From positions 1,440,001 to 1,504,000 of the forward strand of contig CAVYRF010000001.1 in NCBI GenBank assembly GCA_963770895.1: a DNA stretch of 64,000 bases. The letters run 5' to 3'. Below are positions 51,715 through 62,900 of this stretch, in pieces. The translations under genes were made by a program, and so were the position numbers. The stretch is from an uncultured Acidobacteriota bacterium. Its GTDB lineage: Bacteria; Acidobacteriota; Thermoanaerobaculia; Multivoradales; UBA5704. Position 1 is the stretch's first letter. The number at the start of each line of letters is the position of its first letter. The notes beneath the pieces are model-generated. The model made no database searches. It worked only from the letters and a program-made list of their open reading frames with translations, and was not told the DNA's origin.

Positions 51715-52149
51715 GACGAGGCTAGCTTCTTCACAGCGCTGAACGGCCGGCAGGGCCAGGGCGAGGAGGCGGTGGCGCGCCAGCTCCTCGCGTGGGCGCA
51801 CGCGAGAGGCTGCCGGGTCTGGTGGGGGAAGGGCGTGCAAGACGGCTCCTTCTTCCCGATGGTGGACCATAAGGGAGAGGTCTTTTGGACAATCTCGGTG
51901 TGGACGTACGGTCGAATCGAGATCCAGTTCCAGATGCTCTCGACGAAGCCCCCCTTGGAGGCAGAAACCAGGAGGGTGGAGCTTCTCAATCGCCTCAACG
52001 CTGCGCTCGCGGAGGCTGGAGTTGCAATCCCACGTGACGGGATAACAAGGCGACCGAGCATTCCCATGCAAGCCTTGGCGCGCCCCGGCACCATGGGGCG
52101 CTTTCTCGGAGTCCTTGACTGGCTGCTGTCGGAGATCCACACAGCCTGA
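51715..52149 (+). pseudogene. Hypothetical protein C-terminal fragment
   Basis: Coding-like ORF without clear start. Confidence 0.4.
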
Positions 52150-52430
52150 ACCCATTGTCTACCGACGACCGCACCTTAGCGGTTCAAGGTACCGACGGAG
52201 CCGCCCACCTCCCCGCTTGCCAGACCACCAGGGTCCCCGTTCCCAACACGCCCCCACCGACAGCGGCAAGGGCCTCGTGCCGTGCTGCCCCAGCCTTCTC
52301 GCCTACCGCGGCAGCGTCCTCTGCACCGACGTGCTGGAGCCGCACCCGGGTCCGCGTCAGACCGGGCGACCTACGACGGGGCGGGCTCTGACGCCGCAAA
52401 ACGCGGTAGGATAGGCGAGAGGCAAGCACT

Positions 52431-52679
52431 ATGAGCACCATTCATATCGAAGTACCGGACAGCGTCCTGCTCAGCACTGGTCAGTCGGAAGAAGAATTCG
52501 TGCGCGAGGCCAAGCTGCTGCTCGCGATCAAGCTGTTCGAGCTTGGTCGCCTGTCGTCGGGTAAAGCGGCAGAGCTCTGTAGCATGAACCGCGTGGACTT
52601 CATGCTCCTGGCCGCCCGGTCAGGCGTGCCACTGGCAGATCTCGATGCCACCGAGCGTGAGCGGGAATTCTGCGCTTGA
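52431..52679 (+). CDS. UPF0175-family antitoxin
   Basis: LAIKLFELGRLSSGKAAELCSM.RVDF. Confidence 0.88.
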   Translation: MSTIHIEVPDSVLLSTGQSEEEFVREAKLLLAIKLFELGRLSSGKAAELCSMNRVDFMLLAARSGVPLADLDATEREREFCA

Positions 52680-53171
52680 AAAATGGCCCGTTGGTCTGCG
52701 ACTCCGGCCCCTTGATCGCCTTGGCAAGCGTCGCGCAACTTGATCTCTTGCCGGCGCTCTACCGTAGGGTGATCGTACCCGAAGCGGTCATCCAGGAAGT
52801 CTCGCAATCTGGCGCGGGTCGCGTAGGTGGTGCCGAGATAGCAGCGGCAAAATGGATCGAAGCTGTGCCATTCGAGCAGCGCACCTCTCATCCACTGCTG
52901 ACCGCCGAGTTGGGTAGCGGGGAAAGCGCGGTCCTTAACATTGCGCTGCTCCACCGCGCAGAGCTGGTTCTGATCGATGAGCGGCGAGCGCGACGCATCG
53001 CGGCACAGATCTTTGGCCTCTCGGTCAAAGGCACAGCCGGCATCCTTGTGGAGGCCAAGCGCAACGCTCTGGTCTCCAGGATTCGGCCCTTTCTCGAATC
53101 GATGGCGCAGAAGGGATACTACCTTTCCCCCCTCGTTGATCAAGGCCGCCTGCTCGGCAGCAGAGGAATAG
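52676..53171 (+). CDS. DUF3368-family PIN protein (extra C near 3' end)
   Basis: DSGPLIAL, LGSGE, LIDERRAR, GTAGIL; inverted copy at ~60790-60845 shows the unshifted tail. Confidence 0.85.
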
Positions 53172-53590
53172 CTGTCAGCGCTATGACCTTGCGCGTGAGC
53201 TAAATTTTTCGATGCATCGAAAATTGAAGCTGCCGCGCAAGTAGCGCGAATCGGAGCGTGCTCCCACAGTCACGATGCACACGGATTTGGGGGGGACCCT
53301 GGGCCGATCAGGATTAGCTGCCAGGCCCGGCCGGCGACGCGTCGGTGATCGTGCCGCGAAACGTCTTCTTCACCTCGTGGATTCGCCGCAGCTCCCGGGC
53401 GTTCTTCAGCCCGAGCAGCACCAGCAGCTCGCGAGCCCGGTACACCGGCCGCGGCTCGCCCGGATCGATGCACGCGTCGTCGCTCGCGAACACCACCGCC
53501 TCGTCCAGCACCTCGCTCCACACCTCGACCACCAGGCCCGCACAAGCGAAGTCCGCCAGCTGCATCGCGCACGGATCGCCGGCGAGCAGC
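53108..53590. repeat. Left arm of long imperfect inverted repeat (partner ~60262..60850)
   Basis: Reverse complement aligns by eye, with one ~100-bp indel. Confidence 0.85.
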
Positions 53591-54076
53591 CCCGCGCCAG
53601 ACACCCCGAGGCTGGTTGGGTGAAGGTGTAAGCGGATGGATGCGCGAGACCTGCTGGCGGAGCTGGCGGCGCGCGGGGTCGAGGTCCGCGCGGCTGGCGA
53701 GGATTTGGAAATCCGGCCGGGTGGGGCGGTGCCTGCGGAGTTACTGGCGGGGTTGCGGGCGCGCAAGCCGGAGGTGCTGCGACGGCTGGCGCGGCCGGCG
53801 GTGGGCGACGCTCTGGGGGGAAGTGTCGGCGTGCAGTGCGTATTCCGGTCGAAGGCGACCACCGTTTCCGGTCGCAAGGCGACCACTGATTCCGACGGAA
53901 GGCGACCACCCATTCCAGTCTGAAGGCGACCACTTTTAGCCCTTGGCCCGGAAGGGTGGTCGCCATCCCCGGAAGGGTGGTCGCCTTCGATCGGAATCGA
54001 GATCGAGAAGGGCGGTGACAACAAGCGGCGGCTCCGTACCTCTGGCATGCTCGTCTCCATCGACGAAGGGAGCGAG

Positions 54077-54840
54077 ATGCCGGCACGGAGAGTGAACGTG
54101 AGAAAGATTCGAGAGATGTTGCGATTGCTGTGGGTCTGCGGTCTGAGCCAGCGGCAGGTGGCGGACTGCTGCGGGATAGGCAAGACGACGGTTGTGGAGT
54201 GCGTGGCCCGTGCGCGCAGGAGCGGGCTGGACTGGTCCGTGGCGGCGGAGCTGGGCGAGGAGGCGCTGGAGCGTCGGCTCTACCCGGTGGTCGAGCAGGT
54301 GCCGGCGGCGCGACGGCCAGCGGTGGACTGGGCGGCCGTGCACAGCGAGCTCAAGGGCAAAGGGGTGACCCTGTCGCTGCTGTGGGAGGAGTACCGGGAG
54401 AGGGAGCCTCACGGCTACGGCTACAGCCGGTACTGCGAGCTGTACGGCCAGTGGCGGGGGCGGGTGGACCTGTCGATGCGCCAGGTGCATCGGGCTGGCG
54501 AGAAGCTGTTCGTCGACTACTGCGGCGCGACGGTGCCGGTGGTCGACGCCGGCACGGGAGAGGTGCACGCGGCGCAGATCTTCGTGGCGGTGTGGGGGGC
54601 GAGCAACTACACCTTCGCGGAGGCGACGTGGAGTCAGGGATTGGCGGACTGGATCGGCTCGCACGTGCGGGCTTTTGAGTTCGCCGGCGGCCTAACCGAA
54701 ATGGTGGTTCCCGATAACTTGAAGTCGGCGGTCAGCCGGCCGTGCCGGTACGAGCCGGAGCTGAACCCTACCTATCACGATTTGGCGTTGCACTACGGCG
54801 TGGCAGTGATGCCGGCGCGCGTGCGGCGGCCCCGCGACAA
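54077..54840 (+). pseudogene. istA: istA N-terminal part
   Basis: GEKLFVDY.G, VPDNLKSAV, PARVRRPRD. Confidence 0.93.
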
Positions 54841-54862
54841 AGGCTGCGCTTCATACTGCACC

Positions 54863-56944
54863 TCATCCGTTGGAATCGGTGCGACTTGCGTGCCGCACCG
54901 TGGGCCGCAAGGGCTGCGGCTTGTGTTTGAATTTGATAGGCCGGTCGGCACCTGGAAGCTCAAAAAGGTGCTGGCCCTTGTCGTTGTATGCATGGGCCTT
55001 GAGCAGGCCCGCGCGGCGCCAGAGCTTGATCGTGCAGGGAGTGACGTTGAGCCGCTTGGCGATCTGCGTGATGTCCATCATACCCGCCGCCCGAAGACGA
55101 TCGTATCGGCTCCGGAGCTTGTATTCCAAGCGGATTCGATAGACGAATACCGGCTTGAAGTTCTTGCCACTGCCTGACCGGAAAGCTTGTTGGTTGAGGA
55201 TGGCTGCGATCTGTTTGTCGGTATGATGGTCGAGCAACCTGTCGATTTCCGCCACCACCTCCTTGCTGGTTTGAGAGATCTCCCAAACTCGCAACGCGGG
55301 CGGGAGGCCCAGTGTCGTGGTTGCGCCACCGCGGAAGCGAATCTGCGCCGTGATCTGTGTTCCTCTGCTGAGTGTTACATCTTCGATGAGAAGCCTGACC
55401 ATCCGTTTGCGGTCGCGATCCGTCGTCGTTGGCTCGTACCAGAGCTTCGTCAGATCCGTAGCGAGGGCGAGGATGCGCGAGCGTTGCGCTTCATCGATAA
55501 CTATTGTCTCGGCTTTCCGCCGTCGCTCATACTCTTCCTGAGCACTGGTGAGCGTCCGCAGCTTCCGGTTCCAGTCAGCCTCGAGTTCGTCAGCCACCAG
55601 ACGATTATCGGGATCGACCTGCATGAAACGCCGGCGTGCCAGGTCCGCCTCATAACGAGCGCGCTCGACCTGTCGAGACCATAGCCGCTCCGCTTCATCG
55701 GCGCGCGACTGAAGCTGCTGCTGAACCGTCAGCGTGGCCTCGAGAGCCATCGGCGTCATGGCTTCGACGAGGAGGCGCCCGACCGCCGCATCGATGTGGG
55801 TGCCCGAGATGCTCTGGCATAAGGGTTCGCCGCGCTCGATGCCTTGTCGCTGGCAGGTGTAGACAGTTAGGCGCTTGCCGTAGCTGTGGTTGTAACGGAC
55901 CGTCATCCGTTCACCGCAGACACCGCAGATCACCAAACCCTGGAGGAGTGCTGGCCCTTCTCGGGGAGGGCTCTTGCGGCGTTCGCTGCCTTGGGCTTGC
56001 GAGTTCTCGCGCAGGCGTCGCTGGTTTTCCTCGAACTCGTCCCAGGTGATGTAGCCTGGGTGCGAATCGCGGATGAGTGCGGTCCACTCCTCCCGCGGCA
56101 ACCTCTCAAACGTGCCGCTGCGATTCCCATAGTGGCGTTGTCGACTACGGCCAAAGAAGAAGGCTCCGGCAAATCGCGGATTGTGCAGCACCCAGAGGGC
56201 ACGGGAATGCTGCAGATCTCCCCAGATCACCTCACCTTTGGCCGGCCCCGTCCGCACGCGGTGAGGAAACCGGAGTCCCTGTGCGCGGAAGGCCTTCATC
56301 GTTCCGGTCGCCGAACCTGTGCGGCGGAAAATCTGGAAGAAGGTGCGGATCGTCTCCTGCACCTGCTTGTCAGGATCGAGAATAACGCGCTGTTGAGCGT
56401 CGTAACGGAAGCCAATGGGAAGTGGCGACTCAAGCTCGCCGCGGCGCGCCTTGTTGAGGATGCCGCCCCGTAGTCGCGCCCGCAGCACGTGCAGCTCCGC
56501 CTCGCTCATGGTGCCCTTGAGGCCAAGCAGAAGGCGGTCGTTGAAGTGCGCGGGGTCATAGACGCCATCTTCGTCGAGGATGAGCGTGTCGCTGAGCGCA
56601 GAGATCTCGAGGAGCCGATGCCAGTCGGAGGAGTTCCGCGCCAGCCGCGACACCTCGAGCCCCATCACGATTCCCGCGCGTCCCATGCCGACATCGGCGA
56701 CAAGTCTCTGGAAGCCGTCGCGTCGCTCCGCCGACGCGCCCGACTGCCCCTGGTCGCAGTCAATGATGATGATCTGCTCCTGGGCCCAACCTAGCGCTAC
56801 CGCTCGCTGCCTCAGGGCGTACTGGCGATCGGTACTTTCGGTGTTCTCGAAGACCTGTCGCAGCGTGGACTGCCGGATGTAGAGGTAGGCGTTTCGCTTA
56901 AGGTGTCGGGCCGTGACCTTCTGGTGCGCTTCGTTGCCCATCAT
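54863..56944 (-). CDS. Large serine recombinase
   Basis: YIRQST, D.GQSG, EVSRLARN, zinc ribbon CGVCG, coiled coil. Confidence 0.95.
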   Translation of the reverse strand: MMGNEAHQKVTARHLKRNAYLYIRQSTLRQVFENTESTDRQYALRQRAVALGWAQEQIIIIDCDQGQSGASAERRDGFQRLVADVGMGRAGIVMGLEVSRLARNSSDWHRLLEISALSDTLILDEDGVYDPAHFNDRLLLGLKGTMSEAELHVLRARLRGGILNKARRGELESPLPIGFRYDAQQRVILDPDKQVQETIRTFFQIFRRTGSATGTMKAFRAQGLRFPHRVRTGPAKGEVIWGDLQHSRALWVLHNPRFAGAFFFGRSRQRHYGNRSGTFERLPREEWTALIRDSHPGYITWDEFEENQRRLRENSQAQGSERRKSPPREGPALLQGLVICGVCGERMTVRYNHSYGKRLTVYTCQRQGIERGEPLCQSISGTHIDAAVGRLLVEAMTPMALEATLTVQQQLQSRADEAERLWSRQVERARYEADLARRRFMQVDPDNRLVADELEADWNRKLRTLTSAQEEYERRRKAETIVIDEAQRSRILALATDLTKLWYEPTTTDRDRKRMVRLLIEDVTLSRGTQITAQIRFRGGATTTLGLPPALRVWEISQTSKEVVAEIDRLLDHHTDKQIAAILNQQAFRSGSGKNFKPVFVYRIRLEYKLRSRYDRLRAAGMMDITQIAKRLNVTPCTIKLWRRAGLLKAHAYNDKGQHLFELPGADRPIKFKHKPQPLRPTVRHASRTDSNG

Positions 56945-57252
56945 GTCGTCACTCCTCTCGGGGCGTAAGCCGACAGAGCCATTTCGGCAAGGAGCATGGC
57001 CACTTCGACTCGGAAGTCCTGTGGCATGAAAGATGGCTCCGCGGCTGATCGCCGAGCCCCCGCCTCGGACGGCCTGATCAGCGCCGCGCACCTCTCCATC
57101 CAGGCGGCCATGCCACTGCGGATGAACAATCCCCATCCAACCTCACGACTTGACCCGGCAAGACGACCGAGCGCGCTACGCCGGAGATCCTCGTAGCCAG
57201 CGATCAGGGCATCTTGCGCTCCCGCCATGACAGAGTCGGACACGGAGGTCAC
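56941..57252 (-). CDS. Hypothetical protein of the recombinase element
   Basis: YEDLR..GMAAW; coupled to neighbours. Confidence 0.7.
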   Translation of the reverse strand: MTSVSDSVMAGAQDALIAGYEDLRRSALGRLAGSSREVGWGLFIRSGMAAWMERCAALIRPSEAGARRSAAEPSFMPQDFRVEVAMLLAEMALSAYAPRGVTT

Positions 57253-57716
57253 CGTCGTTTTTTTTCCAGCCGACGCAGCGCACGCTCGATGCTGCGGGGA
57301 TGAACCTCAACACCGAAGCGTTCCTTGACCAGGGGCACGAGCGCCGCCGCGGTGAGCGAGAGGTCGGCCCCCCGCTGCTCTTCAATAAAGGCCATCACGT
57401 CCGGGCTGAGCTTATGAGCCTCTCGCGGCCCGCGCCTGCGTGGCAAGAGGCCAGCGAGCCCGCCGTCGGCGAAGGCGTCGCGCGCCTTGTAGAACGAGGG
57501 CCGCGAGAAGCCGAAAGCCTCTGCCGCTTCGGCGACAGGCGCCTCGTCGACCTGCGCACGCCGGATCATCTCGTACTTGACCTGGAGAAGATCTCTTGGA
57601 TCGAAGAAGTCCGACCGTGCGAAGAGCTCGTCGGTGACGCGCTCCGGCCGCGGGTTGAGGGTCCGGCGCTCCCGCAAGGCGGCGAGCTTCGGATCGGAGG
57701 GCTTGCGGTCTGGCAT
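57249..57716 (-). CDS. Helix-turn-helix protein
   Basis: FFDPRDLLQVKYEM, FGFSRPSFY, VHPRSIERAL. Confidence 0.85.
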   Translation of the reverse strand: MPDRKPSDPKLAALRERRTLNPRPERVTDELFARSDFFDPRDLLQVKYEMIRRAQVDEAPVAEAAEAFGFSRPSFYKARDAFADGGLAGLLPRRRGPREAHKLSPDVMAFIEEQRGADLSLTAAALVPLVKERFGVEVHPRSIERALRRLEKKRR

Positions 57717-57888
57717 CAGTGATCTCCAACATGTGTAAGAGGAATTATGCCGTCTATCTAGAGCACAGTCAAGCCCCCGCGACGCGCAACTACGTAATCT
57801 ACGGAGATTGCTGTGCTTTCTCTGGGCACGCCTATGCGTTTTGAAACCGAGTGCGGCGGCATAGTTCCCTTGACACTAGCGGCATAAT

Positions 57889-58161
57889 TTACTTTACTCT
57901 TGCTTCGTCTTTAAGTTGGGTAATGAGGTTAGCCAGCCGCAGGAGATCCTCCGTCCTGAACCGGCTCTGGCCGGCCGCCATCACCCGGAATGGGTCCAGC
58001 GGCGCAACGTTGGTCCATCCGATGGGCATGTGGTGAAGCCGGCCCTTATCATCGAGGAAGTAGACGCGATCCTCGCCCCACGCCTGCTTGTACTCCACCA
58101 GTTCGAACTCGCAACCAGACAAGGGATGGAACGGGTGTGTCACTCGAACAAGCGGCCGCAC
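57889..58161 (-). CDS. DUF5372-like small protein
   Basis: VTHPFHPL.G, WGEDRV, P.GWT. Confidence 0.7.
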   Translation of the reverse strand: MRPLVRVTHPFHPLSGCEFELVEYKQAWGEDRVYFLDDKGRLHHMPIGWTNVAPLDPFRVMAAGQSRFRTEDLLRLANLITQLKDEARVK

Positions 58162-58198
58162 ATCTGTTGAAGCTGCTGTAGTTGACTGCCTTCTCCAA

Positions 58199-58994
58199 GG
58201 CCAAAGTCGAGGTCGGCGTGCAGGTGGTCGAGCGCTGGATCCTGGCGCGTCTGCGGCGCCGGAAGTTCTTTTCTCTTGCTGAGCTCAACGAGGCGATTGG
58301 AATGCTTTTGATACGCTTGAACGAGCGTCAATTCCGCAAGCTTGAGGGCTCGCGCCGGTCGCTCTTTGAGAGCATGGAGCGGCCGGCTCTGCGGGCGCTG
58401 CCGGCGTCGGGCTTCAGCTACGCCGAGTGGAAAAAGGGGCGCGTCGTGGCGGACTACCACGTCGAAGTCGACGGCCACTATTACAGCGTGCCGTACCAGC
58501 TGGTGAGCCAGCAGCTGGACGTGCGGCTGAGCGCGAGAACGGTGGAGTTCTTCGCCAAGAGCAAGCGGGTGGCGAGCCATGTGCGCTGCTTTCGCCGGGG
58601 AGCCCACACGACGCAGCACGAGCACATGCCGCGGCCGCATCGGGCGTATGCGGAGTGGACGCCCGAGCGGCTGGTGCAGTGGTCGCAGACGACGGGGCCA
58701 TCGGTCGCCGGCCTGATCGAGCAGGTGATGTCGACGCGGGTGCACCCGCAGCATGGCTTCCGCTCGTGTTTGGGGATCTTGCGGCTCGGGCAGCGGTATG
58801 GCAACGAGCGGCTGGAAGCGGCGTGCCAGCTGGCGCTGGAGATCGAAGGCGCGTCGTTCCGCAGCGTGCGCTCCATCCTGCAGGGAGGGCTGGATCGGCA
58901 GATGGATCTGGCCGCCGAGTCGGCGCGGCGACCCCTCGTGCATGAGAACCTGCGCGGCGCTTCGTACTACGGCGGGGAGCAGAAGCCATGCTGA
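58199..58994 (+). pseudogene. istA: istA C-terminal part
   Basis: [36 protein letters not shown]. Confidence 0.93.
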
Positions 58995-59740
58995 CCCATC
59001 CGACGCTCGACAAGCTCCAGGCCCTGCGGCTGACCGGCATGGCCAAGGGGCTCGAGGAGCAGCTGCAGATGACCGGCATCGACGAGCTTGGCTTCACCGA
59101 GCGCCTGGGGCTGCTGGTCGATCGCGAGATGACGGAGCGCGAGAACCGCCGGCTGAAGGACCGTCTCGCCAAGGCACGGCTGCGCCAGGCCGCCGCGGTC
59201 GAAGACGTGGACCTGCGCCTGCCGCGCGGTCTCGATCGGGCGCTGTTCCTGGCACTGTGCTCATGCCAGTGGATCACCCAACACCTTAACATTTTGATTA
59301 CGGGGAAAACCGGCACGGGGAAAAGCTTTCTGGCCTGTGCGCTGGCGCACAAAGCGTGCAGGGAAGGCTTCACCGCGCTGTATCACCGTGTGCCACGGCT
59401 GCTGTCCGAGCTTGCCACCGGCAAAGCGGACGGCCGGTACTCCAAGCTGCTGGCCAACCTTGCCCGGGCCGACGTCCTCGTGCTCGACGACCTCTGTCTG
59501 CATCCGTTCACCGACGCTCAGCGGCGTGATCTGCTGGAGATCCTCGAAGATCGCTACGGCAGGCGCTCGACGGTGGTGACGAGCCAGCTGCCGGTCGCCG
59601 CCTGGCACGATGCGATCGGCGACGCCACGCTGGCCGACGCCGTGCTCGACCGTCTGGTGCACAACGCCTACGAGCTGCCGCTTAAGGGCGAGTCGAAGCG
59701 CAAGGACAAGGCGCCGGCGCCGGCCCAGGGGCCGTCGTGA
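58988..59740 (+). CDS. istB: IS21 helper ATPase IstB
   Basis: [25 protein letters not shown]. Confidence 0.96.
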   Translation: MLTHPTLDKLQALRLTGMAKGLEEQLQMTGIDELGFTERLGLLVDREMTERENRRLKDRLAKARLRQAAAVEDVDLRLPRGLDRALFLALCSCQWITQHLNILITGKTGTGKSFLACALAHKACREGFTALYHRVPRLLSELATGKADGRYSKLLANLARADVLVLDDLCLHPFTDAQRRDLLEILEDRYGRRSTVVTSQLPVAAWHDAIGDATLADAVLDRLVHNAYELPLKGESKRKDKAPAPAQGPS

Positions 59741-60923
59741 CGCGATCGCGGCGCGCCGTGGCGGCGCCTGGTGCCCCCCGCCCCCCCGCGAGCCCCAGCG
59801 CCTCGCCTATGGCGTCCGGCGAGACCTCGACAGCGGCCGGCCGCCGCCCGGCCGCCCCACCGCCCGGCCCGTCCCCCACCCACCCCCACCACCCCCCAAC
59901 GCACGCATGGGCTGTGGAAGGTGCCGCGGCTGATGGAAACCGCGGACCCAACGTGGGCCGCCCGCGTCGCTACGCTCCGCTGCCCCCGCCCGCCGCGGCC
60001 CCCGGTCCGCCGTTCCCACAGCCGCTTGGAAACCGGCTCCCGGCCCCCCACCACACCCGCCCTCCACCACCCGCCCTCGCCGGTTACCACGACCTTCCAC
60101 AACCCCGGCGACGAGGTCATATACACTGAAAAAGGACCACAGGAGAAGCCCAAGCCGACCACCTCAACCAACCATGAGCCTCCGCTCACCGCCTCGCTCC
60201 GACGGGTGGTCGCCTTCCGTCGGAATGGGTGGTCGCCTTCGCCGGAATCCGCAGCGTGCAGCGCGGAGCTCCTCGCCGGCGATCCGTGCGCGATGCAGCT
60301 GGCGGATTTCGCTCGTGCGGGCCTGGTCGTTGAGGTGTGGAGCGACGTGCTCGGCGAGGCGGTGGTGTTCGCAAGCGACGAACGCGTGCATCGACCCGGG
60401 CGAGCCGCGGCCGGTGTACCGGGCGTGCGAGCTGCTGGTGCTGCTCGGGCTCAGGGACGCTTGGGAGCTGCGGCGAATCCACGAGGTCAAGAGGACGTTT
60501 CGCGGCACGATCACCGACGCGTCGCCGGCCGGGCCTGGCGGCTAATCTTGATCGGCCCAGGGGCCCCCCCTAATCCGTTTGCATCGTGACTGTGGAAGGA
60601 GGCGCTGGAGATGCGCCAGACGGGCCGCGGCGGCGCGCGGGCGCGGGAATGACCTGTCGCTTGGTCGGTAAGCGGGCTCGATCGGCACCGCTCCGAGCAC
60701 GCTCCGATTCGCGCTATTTGCGCGGCAGCTTCAATTTTCGATGCATCGAAAAGTTTAGCTCACGCGCAAGATCATGGCGCTGACAGCTATTGCTCTGCCG
60801 CCGAGCAGGCGGCTTTGATCAGCGAGGAGGAAAGGTAGTATCCCTTTTGCGCGAGCGGGGGCTCGGGACGAGGTGATGCCGTTAAATCAAGCTTGAATTC
60901 TGCAAGCGCGATATGCTGAATCA

Positions 60924-61478
60924 ATGTCCCGGCAGAACAGGGAACTCGCGGCTTGGATGCGGTGCGCCCGGGTGGTTCGCTTGGTCAGTCCCACGTTGCT
61001 GGCCTGCGCGTTCCTCTACGTGGCCATCGTGGCCTTCTCGGAGGCGCGGAACCTACGGCTCCACCATGAGGCGACGGGTTGGCCTAGGGCGAAGGGCCTG
61101 ATCCTGCAGTCGAGCTTCCACTTTTCCCACTACCGCCACGCCCATTTTCGCAACTCTACGGCGCTTTACCATTTGGACCTGATCTATAGCTATCAGCTCG
61201 AGCCGGGCAGCAGCACGTACTACGAGAGCGAGGGCCTCTGCTTCGACGAAATCTACGAAGGGCTCTACGAGGCGCGGCGCATCGCCGCCCAATATCCAGT
61301 TGGCAGGGAGGTGCGGGTGGCGTACGATCCGCAGCACCCGACCAAATCCTGCCTCGAGCCGATGCGGTACGACCGGGGGCATGGGAGCCTCACGCTCGCC
61401 TTTCTCGCACTCGTCGCCGTAATCGCCCTGACCGCGGCGTTGTGGGTGTTGTGGCAGGCTTCGTCCAGGCGGACGTAA
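60924..61478 (+). CDS. DUF3592-like membrane protein
   Basis: TM, WP..G.I, YSY, YPVG..V.V.YDP..P, TM. Confidence 0.75.
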   Translation: MSRQNRELAAWMRCARVVRLVSPTLLACAFLYVAIVAFSEARNLRLHHEATGWPRAKGLILQSSFHFSHYRHAHFRNSTALYHLDLIYSYQLEPGSSTYYESEGLCFDEIYEGLYEARRIAAQYPVGREVRVAYDPQHPTKSCLEPMRYDRGHGSLTLAFLALVAVIALTAALWVLWQASSRRT

Positions 61479-61560
61479 CGGCCGCGTGCGCATTGCCGCG
61501 GGATTCCCGGCATGCCAGACGCAGGCATTGCTGGTGACTGCTGCCAGCCATCGGTCCGCG

Positions 61561-62035
61561 CTATTCCCCTACGAGCCTCAGAGCGCGATTCATTACTGAG
61601 TCGGACAGCTTGTCGAAGCGATTCGAGCAAAGGCCGAGCTGCGACAAGCTTTCCGTTTTTCTTGCCGAGCAACACGATCCCGAGCGTTCCTCGCACTGGT
61701 ATGCCAAGGGTCTGCGCACACCTCCGTGCCACAAGGTCATCGATGATGGCTTCCGAGCCGGGTTTGGCGGAGCACCAAGACAGAACCGAGGATTCGCCCG
61801 GACCAAGATCCCATGCCTGAACTTTAGGCGGCACGGCCGGGGCTGCCATGACCTGGAGCCAGGGAACGGAGGCTATCGCCTGCGCTGCTGGATCTCTGGC
61901 GCCACCATGCTGGATTTCATTCGCCACTGGTGCCGGGACCACTACCTCGGATGCGATGAGCCGCAGAAGATCCAGCTGGCCCGCTCGCGTCAAGAAGATG
62001 AGCGGTGAAGCGTTGACCGCGGGCCGTTCAGCCAC
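61561..62035 (-). CDS. DUF3368-family PIN protein (frameshift near 3' end)
   Basis: NASPLIFL, LGPGE, IIDD..AR, GTLGI; tail LSDSVMNRALRLVGE in another frame. Confidence 0.82.
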
Positions 62036-62279
62036 GCTCCAGCTCGTGCTGCAAGTCGTCGAAGTCTACGACGAAGGCATCGACGCCTTCCCGCGCCAAC
62101 GCCATCAAGAAGTCGGTTCGATCCAAGCCCGCAACCTGGGCAGCTTTTTCCTGGGAGATCTGGCTACGCTGATACCAGTGGATCGCCGCCGCAAGCCGCA
62201 GCTCGCGGCCAAATTCGGCAGGCGAGCGGCGGAGGGCCGAAAACACGTCTTCTGGGAGTTCAAGGATAAGCGTTGTCAC
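62028..62279 (-). CDS. UPF0175-family antitoxin
   Basis: LRLAAAIHWY..ISQEKAA..AGL.R.DF. Confidence 0.88.
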   Translation of the reverse strand: MTTLILELPEDVFSALRRSPAEFGRELRLAAAIHWYQRSQISQEKAAQVAGLDRTDFLMALAREGVDAFVVDFDDLQHELERG

Positions 62280-62531
62280 TGACGCTCCTCGGTAGCCACT
62301 TCCTAGCCTACACCTTTGGAGGGATCTCTACCATTCTGCCGCTCCGTCGGGTGTGATGCGCGGCCGGCCCCGCGTCCCCGCCGATGCGCACATAGGCGAC
62401 AAGCCCGAGCGATGCGACGCCAGCCCCGGCCGGCCCAGCCGGCGATGGCAAAGGAGTTGGACAGGGGCCAGGTGACTGTCGCCTTGGCGTGGCGATAGGG
62501 GCGGGCGTCCTGACTGCACCGCGGTCGCCTG

Positions 62532-62900
62532 TCATGGCTGGCCCCCTTTCGGCACCGGCCGTCCCGTTCGGATCGGACCGAGGAGTCCCTGCACTTGGGC
62601 CAGGCGGGCTGTAGGCTCTGCCGGCAGGCGGTAGGTCATGGCGAAGAACTCCCCTGGGTCAAGTTCCAGAACCCTGCATAGGGCGAGGATGTGCCGGAGC
62701 TTGAGGTCTGTACGCCCCGCCAGCACCCAATGTGCGGTGTCGCAGCCCTCGCCCATACGACGGCTCGCCTCAGCGTAACTGATGTCGGCGAGCGCCAGGA
62801 GCACGCGGAGCGCTTCGCGTGCGCGCGCTAGCCCACCTTCAAGGGTGCTCCCGCGCTCCTGTTTGGATTCCGGGCCAGGTTTTGCGGCATGGCAGGTCAT
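62532..62900 (-). CDS. XRE-like HTH protein
   Basis: SYAEASRRMG, LKLRHILALCRVLELDPGEFF. Confidence 0.6.
   Translation of the reverse strand: MTCHAAKPGPESKQERGSTLEGGLARAREALRVLLALADISYAEASRRMGEGCDTAHWVLAGRTDLKLRHILALCRVLELDPGEFFAMTYRLPAEPTARLAQVQGLLGPIRTGRPVPKGGQP

Larger units (their letters stand above)
54841..58198 (-). mobile_element. Serine-recombinase element inserted in istA
   Basis: Removal restores RPRD-KAKVE; CAA shared at both junctions. Confidence 0.88.
53837..60253 (+). mobile_element. IS21-family element carrying an internal insertion
   Basis: Ends TGCGTATTCC / GGAATCCGCA, multiple GAAGGCGACCAC repeats, 8-bp duplication GCGTGCAG (53829-53836, 60254-60261). Confidence 0.95.

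Noticed and set aside
53837-54000. Short spaced repeats GAAGGCGACCAC resembling a mini-CRISPR
   Set aside because: They are the multiple terminal repeats typical of IS21 ends and recur at the right end.
54841-55177. Apparent novel C-terminus of the 376-aa IstA ORF
   Set aside because: Read-through into the antisense strand of the inserted recombinase gene.
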